Shown here: positions 58,311 through 64,000 of the stretch, piece by piece
Numbering within the stretch: position 1 is the first letter of the stretch
How the letters are laid out: each line of letters opens with the position of its first letter
NCBI GenBank assembly: GCA_963781885.1
Contig: CAWAHW010000004.1
Location: 448,001-512,000 of the forward strand
Reading direction: 5' to 3'
DNA from: an uncultured Spirochaetota bacterium
GTDB lineage: Bacteria; Spirochaetota; Spirochaetia; SZUA-6; Fen-1364
Length of the DNA stretch: 64,000 nucleotides
Position numbers and translations under genes: made by a program
The notes under the pieces: generated by a model
Databases searched by the model: none
Seen by the model: the letters and a program-made list of their open reading frames with translations, nothing else
What the model was told of the DNA's origin: nothing

Positions 58311-59428
58311 GTCTCATCATCGGCCGGCTTCGCCGGCCGATGCGCGGCCTCCGACCGCGCGGGGCTCTCCGAGCTCAGGGCCGTTTCCTGCGCGTGGAGT
58401 CGAAGGGCACTGGAGAACTCGTCGATCTCCCCCTTCATCACCGCGTCCAGCTTGTAGAGGGTGAGATTGATGCGATGGTCAGTCGCCCGGTTCTGCGGGA
58501 AGTTGTACGTGCGGATCTTCTCCGCGCGGTCCCCGGAACCGATCTGGCTCTTGCGCGCCTGGGCGCGCTCCGCGTGCTTGCGCTCTTCTTCGGCCTCGTA
58601 GAGCCGCGCGCGGAGGATGCGCAGCGCCTTTGCCTTGTTCTTGTGCTGGCTCTTCTCATCCTGGCAGTGCACGACGATGCCCGACGGGAGATGCGTGATG
58701 CGGACCGCCGAGTCGGTGGTGTTCACGCTCTGGCCGCCCGGGCCGCCCGACCGCATGACATCGATGCGCAGGTCGTTCGGGTTGATGTCGATCTCCGTCT
58801 CTTCCACCTCGGGAAGGACGGCAACCGACGCCGTGGAGGTGTGGATGCGGCCGCCGGCCTCCGTGACGGGCACGCGCTGGACGCGGTGGACGCCGCTTTC
58901 GTAGCGCAGGCGCGCGTAGACCTCTTTTCCGGTGATGGAAGAGATGATCTCCTTGAAGCCGCCGATGCCCGTGGGGCTGGAGGACATGATCTCCAGCTTC
59001 CATTTGCGGGAATCGGCATAGTAGGAGTACATGCGGAAGAGGTCCGCGGCAAAGAGCGCCGCCTCGTCCCCCCCCGTGCCGGCGCGTATCTCCACGATGA
59101 CGTTCTTGTCGTCAAGGGGATCGCGCGGCACCAGGAGCACCTTCAGCCGCTCCTCCGACTCCGCGCGGCGTTTCTCCAGGCCCGCGAGCTCTTCGCGCGC
59201 CATTTCCGCGAGCTCCTTGTCGCCGACGGACTCCGCGAGCTCACGGTTGGAGGCGATCTCCGCCTCCACGGCCCGCAGCCGTGCGAACTCCTCCATCAGC
59301 GTCGAAAGGGATGCGTGCTCCTGGCGCAGCTCCCGGTAGCGCTTCTGGTCCCTGATCACGTCAGGATCGGAAATGAGGCTTTCCAGCTCCTCGTAGCGTT
59401 TCCTGCTTTTTTCCAGCTTGTCGATCAC
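58307..59428 (-). CDS. prfA: Peptide chain release factor 1
   Basis: PVT anticodon motif, GGQ ([17 protein letters not shown]), [10 protein letters not shown]. Confidence 0.97.
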   Translation of the reverse strand: MIDKLEKSRKRYEELESLISDPDVIRDQKRYRELRQEHASLSTLMEEFARLRAVEAEIASNRELAESVGDKELAEMAREELAGLEKRRAESEERLKVLLVPRDPLDDKNVIVEIRAGTGGDEAALFAADLFRMYSYYADSRKWKLEIMSSSPTGIGGFKEIISSITGKEVYARLRYESGVHRVQRVPVTEAGGRIHTSTASVAVLPEVEETEIDINPNDLRIDVMRSGGPGGQSVNTTDSAVRITHLPSGIVVHCQDEKSQHKNKAKALRILRARLYEAEEERKHAERAQARKSQIGSGDRAEKIRTYNFPQNRATDHRINLTLYKLDAVMKGEIDEFSSALRLHAQETALSSESPARSEAAHRPAKPADDET

Positions 59429-59434
59429 ATGCTC

Positions 59435-59463
59435 AGGGTAACAAAAATGAAGGGGCCGATCAA
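59435..59463 (-). promoter_or_regulatory. Leaderless-type promoter of the prfA operon
   Basis: TTGATC-N17-TACCCT (TGn-extended)-N6-GTG, no SD. Confidence 0.6.
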
Positions 59464-59497
59464 CGACGTCACTCCTGGCGCGTGAGGACGCGCGGCC

Positions 59498-60833
59498 TCA
59501 GGCGCCCAGGATGCCCTTGATCTCCTCGGCCCGCTTCTGCGCCGTGGCAGCGTCCCGTGCCTCCAGCCGCAGACGGAGCAGGGGCTCGGTGTTGCTCGGC
59601 CGTACATTGAACCAGAAATCGTCGAAGGTGATGGAGATGCCGTCCATCGTGTCGATCCTGCCCGCCGCGAATTTGGTCCGGATGGCCGCCATGGCCTTGT
59701 CCTTGTCGGCAACCTCGACATTGATCTCGGGCGACTGCGCGTAACGGCCGCGCAGCGGAGCGACCAGCTCGGAGAGGGGCCGATTCCGGGTCGAGAGCAG
59801 GCGGAGGAGCACCGCCAGCGCATACGACGCGGACTCGGTATAATAGGTATCGCTCACCTTGAAATAGACGTGCCCCGAGGTTTCCGCGCCAAATATCGCG
59901 CGGGAGGAGACCATGCGGTCGTAGAGATACGTGTAGCCGACCCGGGAAACGATGGGCGTCCCGCCCGCCTCCTTGATGCGCTCGGGAAGCACGCGGGAGG
60001 AAATGAGATCGTAGACAATGGAGGCGCCCGGCGTACGGGAGAGAAGCGCCTCCGCCACGAGGCAGGAGAGGAAGTAATTCTCGATGGCGACGCCTTTTTC
60101 ATCCACGAAGAGGATGCGGTCTCCATCGCCGTCGAGGATGACCCCGAATGCCGCGCCTCGTTCCACGACGGCTTTCGCCGCCTGAATCTTGGACTCCTCC
60201 TTCAACGGATTGGGATCATGGTGCGGGAATGTCCCGTCGGGATTCTCATTCAGGATGACGGCATCGACCGAGAGCAGCTCCGTGACGCGGCGGAAGCCCC
60301 TGCCCGGCCGACCCGTTGGAGACGTCGATGACAATGGGCTGCGTGAACCGCGCCCCGGCTGCCGCCGCGGCGACGAAGCGCGCGTAGGTGTCCAGGCCGT
60401 CCACCTCGGGGAAGTCGCGGACAGGGACGACCGCGGGTGCCGGAATCTTTGCAACGATGGTCTCGATGTCCGAAAGGCCCTTGTCGTAGCTGATCGAGCC
60501 GCCCGTTGCGTCGAACACTTTGAAGCCGTGATATTCGGGGGGATTGTGCGACGCGGTCACCATGACCGCCGCAGGGGCCTTGCGGTCCATCTGCGTGAAA
60601 TGAAGGAGAGGAGTGCTCACGAGGCCGACGCCCGTCACCGTCACGCCTTCGTCCATGAGGCCGGCGGCGAGCGCCCGGTAGAGCTCGGCAGAGTGCACGC
60701 GCGCGTCGTAGCCGATCATGAAAGCCGCGGCATGCAGATGCCGCGGAAGAGCACGGCCCAGCCGATAGGCCAGAGCGTCATCCACGCCCTGTCCCCAGAC
60801 ACCCCTGACGTCGTACGTCTTGAACACACCCAT
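59498..60833 (-). CDS. Phosphomannomutase/phosphoglucomutase with apparent 1-nt insertion near 60300
   Basis: FKTYDVRG, TASHNP in one frame; PDGTFP.H.PNP, DGDGDR, AETSGH, RPSNTEP in another. Confidence 0.9.
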
Positions 60834-60871
60834 GTCGCTGTCATAGCACGAGCGCCTGCCGATGGATAGAT

Positions 60872-60946
60872 GCTCTGCACCGTACGCGGTGCATTCGCTC
60901 TGCACCGCGTACGGTGCAGAGCGAAATACGCGGGGTACCGCGTTGG
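60872..60946. repeat. Nested perfect inverted repeats plus short hairpin element in divergent intergenic region
   Basis: 22-bp IR GCTCTGCACCGTACGCGGTGCA / TGCACCGCGTACGGTGCAGAGC; alternative 14-bp hairpin; then CGAAATACGCGG-GGTA-CCGCGTTGG. Confidence 0.85.
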
Positions 60947-60947
60947 G

Positions 60948-60976
60948 TTGACATGGGGGTGCACTGTTTGTACCTT
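60948..60976 (+). promoter_or_regulatory. Promoter of the acyl-CoA ligase
   Basis: TTGACA-N17-TACCTT. Confidence 0.55.
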
Positions 60977-61024
60977 GACCCGGGCGTGTCGCCGCGCAAA
61001 GAACCCAGAACAGGGAAGGGAGAG

Positions 61025-62914
61025 ATGGGACCGACCCTCATCGGACTCTTGCAGGAATCCGTCATCAAGTTCGCTTCTTTGGCGGCCCTCAAATACCGCG
61101 GCCCTTCCGGCGAATTCCAGACACTCACCTATGCCGAGCTGTACAATGCCGTCAAGGAGCTCGGAACGGGTCTCATCTCCACCGGCCTGCCCCCGGGCAC
61201 GCATGTCGCCCTTCTTTCGGAGAACAACCCCCGCTGGCTCGTGGCGGACCTCGCCATTCTGGGCATTGCGGCGGTCGACGTGCCTTTCAGCTCCCGCGTG
61301 AGCGACCGCGAGCTGGAGCAGGTGATGACCCACGCCGACTGCGAGGCGGCAGTCGTGGAGGACACCGCCCTTCTCCATCGGCTGCTCGCGATCCGGCGCA
61401 GGCTGCGGCGCCTGAAGAAGATCATCGTGATGGATTTCGTCGGCCCAAAGCCCGATGCGGGCGCGGGCGAAGAGCGGGTCCTCATCTACAGCTGGGACGA
61501 GGTGCTGAAAAAGGGGCGAGCCCGCATCGCGCGGGGCAGCAGGCAATTCGAGCTGCGGGGCGCGAGCGTGACGCCCGCGGACACCGCGACGCTCGTCTAC
61601 ACCTCCGGCACGACGGGAAGGCCGAAGGGGGTCATGCTTTCCCACGGCGGCATCATGCACAACGTGAACAGCGTGCACGCGTCCATGAACCCCGCGCCCG
61701 GGGCGACCTGGCTCTCCGTGCTTCCCGTCTGGCACTCCTTCGAGCGCACGGTGGAGTACTGCAGCATCTCTTTCGGCAGCACCATCGCCTACTCCCGGCC
61801 GACGGAGTGGAAGATACTCGAAGACCTCAAGAGCCTTTCACCCGAATACCTCGTCGTCGTGCCGACCCTGCTGGAGGCGATTGAGAAAAGCATCGGCCGC
61901 CGGCTCGGGTGGTTCGGCGGCTTCCTCACGCGCTTCGAGAAGTTCTACCAGGTCTTTTCGGGATTCATCATGGGCCGGTATCCGCGGTTCCGGCGGGAAG
62001 AGCGCGTGCTGGAGATATTCGCCGCCGTGCTGCCGCTCGTGCTCCTTTCGCCTGTCAAGCTCGTTTCCCAGCTCTTCCTCCGCAATCGCGTGCACGGCAT
62101 GCTGGGGGGAAAGCTGCGGGCGATCGTCTGCGGCGGCGGCGCGCTCCCCGCCTATCTCGACCGGTACTTCGCCGCCATCGGCGTGAACGTCCTGGAAGGG
62201 TACGGCCTCACCGAGGCGTCACCCATCGTGAGCATGCGCGCGGAAAAATCGCCCGTCCTGGGCACGGTGGGAAGACCACTCGCCTCCACGGAGGTGCGCA
62301 TCGTCGGGGACGCAGGTGAAAGCCTTCCCCCGGGCCGCAAGGGCCACGTGCAGGTGAAAGGGCCGCAGGTGATGCTCGGGTACTACAAGGACCCGGCCGC
62401 CACGCGCCAGCTCCTTGCCGACGACGGCTGGCTTTCCACCGGGGACAGCGGGATATTCACCGTGGACGGAAACCTTGTCATCACCGGCAGGATGAAGAAT
62501 GCCATCGTCCTGCGCTCGGGCGAGCGCGTGGAGCCCGAGCCCATCGAGGCGGTCGTCCAGGAGTCTCCCTACGTGCAGGAAGCGGTCGTCGTCGGGGAGA
62601 ACCGGGAATCGCCCGGGCTGCTCATCGTGCCCAACCGTGACATGCTGCGCAAGCTCGCCGATTCCCGGAGAATACCGTGGACGGATGCCAATGAGATGGT
62701 GGGAAATCCCGCCATTCACAGATTCTACCAGGGTGAGGTGCAGACGCAGCTCGTGAACAATGGCATCTCGTTCCCCGGCGGCGGGGCCCCGCGCATCGCG
62801 CTCCTTCCTGCCGATTTCGAGATCGGACGCGAGCTCACGCGGACGCTCACGAAGCGACGCGAGGTGATTTCCGCTCTTTACGGCGGGGTCATCGAGCGCC
62901 TGTATCGATCCTGA
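61025..62914 (+). CDS. Long-chain fatty acid--CoA ligase (AMP-binding)
   Basis: YTSGTTGRPKGV, EGYGLTE, GWLSTGD, GR.K..IV...GE.VEP. Confidence 0.9.
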   Translation: MGPTLIGLLQESVIKFASLAALKYRGPSGEFQTLTYAELYNAVKELGTGLISTGLPPGTHVALLSENNPRWLVADLAILGIAAVDVPFSSRVSDRELEQVMTHADCEAAVVEDTALLHRLLAIRRRLRRLKKIIVMDFVGPKPDAGAGEERVLIYSWDEVLKKGRARIARGSRQFELRGASVTPADTATLVYTSGTTGRPKGVMLSHGGIMHNVNSVHASMNPAPGATWLSVLPVWHSFERTVEYCSISFGSTIAYSRPTEWKILEDLKSLSPEYLVVVPTLLEAIEKSIGRRLGWFGGFLTRFEKFYQVFSGFIMGRYPRFRREERVLEIFAAVLPLVLLSPVKLVSQLFLRNRVHGMLGGKLRAIVCGGGALPAYLDRYFAAIGVNVLEGYGLTEASPIVSMRAEKSPVLGTVGRPLASTEVRIVGDAGESLPPGRKGHVQVKGPQVMLGYYKDPAATRQLLADDGWLSTGDSGIFTVDGNLVITGRMKNAIVLRSGERVEPEPIEAVVQESPYVQEAVVVGENRESPGLLIVPNRDMLRKLADSRRIPWTDANEMVGNPAIHRFYQGEVQTQLVNNGISFPGGGAPRIALLPADFEIGRELTRTLTKRREVISALYGGVIERLYRS

Positions 62915-64000
62915 GCCCCGCCAGCCGATCCCGAAGGGCCCGGATGCGCCCGTCCATTTCCTCCCATGCCGTCATTGCCGCGTCGTGCCGTGCGTGGTTC
63001 TCCGCGTGCTGCCGGCGCAGGTCCCGCATCCGCCCGCCGTTGGCGTAGACCTCGGGAAGGGCCATCGACTCCTCGATCGACTTGCGAGCCGCCTCCAGCC
63101 GCTCCACCTCGCCCATGAGCTCGGCCTCCTGCTTTTCAAGGGAGCGCAGCTCGCTCTTGAGCTTCTTTTCCTCTTCCCGCTCCCGCTGCGTCGAGGTCTT
63201 CGGCTCGTCGCGCGCGGCGGCGCGGGGAGCACGCGGAAAGGCCGCCGACTCCGCCTCCTCCAGCGCGAGCTTTCGAATGTAATACTCGTAGTCGCCGGGC
63301 AGGTAGCGCGCCCCGCCGTTTTTCACTTCCAATACCGCGGTGGCCAGATGGGAGATGAAATGCCGGTCGTGCGACACGAAGATCACCGTGCCGGGGAAGC
63401 CGTGCAGCGCATCCAGGAGCACGTCCTTGGAGGCGATGTCGAGGTGATTCGTCGGCTCGTCGAGGATGAGGAGATTCGCCGGGCGCAGGAGGAGCAGGAG
63501 CATCGCCAGCCTGCTCTTTTCACCTCCGCTCAGGACGGAGACGGGCTTGAAGACATCGTCGCCGCGGAAGAGAAATGCCCCGAGCAGCGTCCGCAGCTCG
63601 GGCATGAGAGCGGTCGGCGCCGCTGCCTCCATTTCCTCGATCACCTGCCGGTCGCTGTGCCACGCATCGGCGTTCTCCTGCGAGTAGAAAGCGGGTGTCA
63701 CGCCCGTTCCCCACTTCAGCGCGCCGGCGTCCGGGGGCTCGCGGCCGCCGATGAGGCGCAGGAGCGTCGATTTCCCCGCGCCGTTCACGCCGACCACCAC
63801 GAGCTTGTCGCCCTTGGAAACCTCGACGCCCACCCCCTCGAAGACGCGCATGCCGTTGTAGGATTTCGCGAGGCCCGTCGCCGAGAGCACGACCCTTCCG
63901 CACGCCGGCGGCGCCGGAAAGCGGAAGTGTATCGACTTCACGACCGGCGGCACCTCGATGCGCTCGATCTTCTCCAGCGCGGTGATCCTGCTCTGGACCA
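62889..64000 (-). CDS. ABC-F family ATPase (partial; C-terminal half)
   Basis: GVNGAGKST, LSGGEKSRL, LDEPTNHLD, VSHDR, coiled-coil tail; continues beyond the window. Confidence 0.9.
   Translation of the reverse strand, partial: VQSRITALEKIERIEVPPVVKSIHFRFPAPPACGRVVLSATGLAKSYNGMRVFEGVGVEVSKGDKLVVVGVNGAGKSTLLRLIGGREPPDAGALKWGTGVTPAFYSQENADAWHSDRQVIEEMEAAAPTALMPELRTLLGAFLFRGDDVFKPVSVLSGGEKSRLAMLLLLLRPANLLILDEPTNHLDIASKDVLLDALHGFPGTVIFVSHDRHFISHLATAVLEVKNGGARYLPGDYEYYIRKLALEEAESAAFPRAPRAAARDEPKTSTQREREEEKKLKSELRSLEKQEAELMGEVERLEAARKSIEESMALPEVYANGGRMRDLRRQHAENHARHDAAMTAWEEMDGRIRALRDRLAGLRIDTGAR

Overview
GC-rich bacterial chromosomal backbone, most likely a free-living spirochaete. Support: prfA-prmC-rel adjacency, metG followed by a FemABX gene, MurE with EDPR rather than DNPR, and a DUF5312-like ORF. 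About 57 genes, mostly housekeeping: valS, metG, prfA, prmC, rel, murE, hflKC, lysA, leuB, mnmA, a Cys/Met sulfur divergon, queD and queG, a polyamine operon and two-component genes. No rRNA, tRNA, CRISPR, transposase or prophage was recognised. Four genes, including essential metG, carry single-base frameshifts that look like assembly errors. Main observations: (1) a dispersed hairpin element family with compensatory stem changes (about 11 copies, including an exact 3x40-bp array) next to -35 boxes, RBSs and inside the prmC tail over the rel RBS; (2) a SET-domain lysine methyltransferase coupled to the end of prfA-prmC-rel; (3) a GAF histidine kinase with two N-terminal MshEN-like c-di-GMP motifs; (4) frequent leaderless-type promoters; (5) an MnmA lacking its third conserved Cys; (6) a queD plus orphan DNA adenine MTase pair. 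All calls come from motif recognition by eye; no searches were run.
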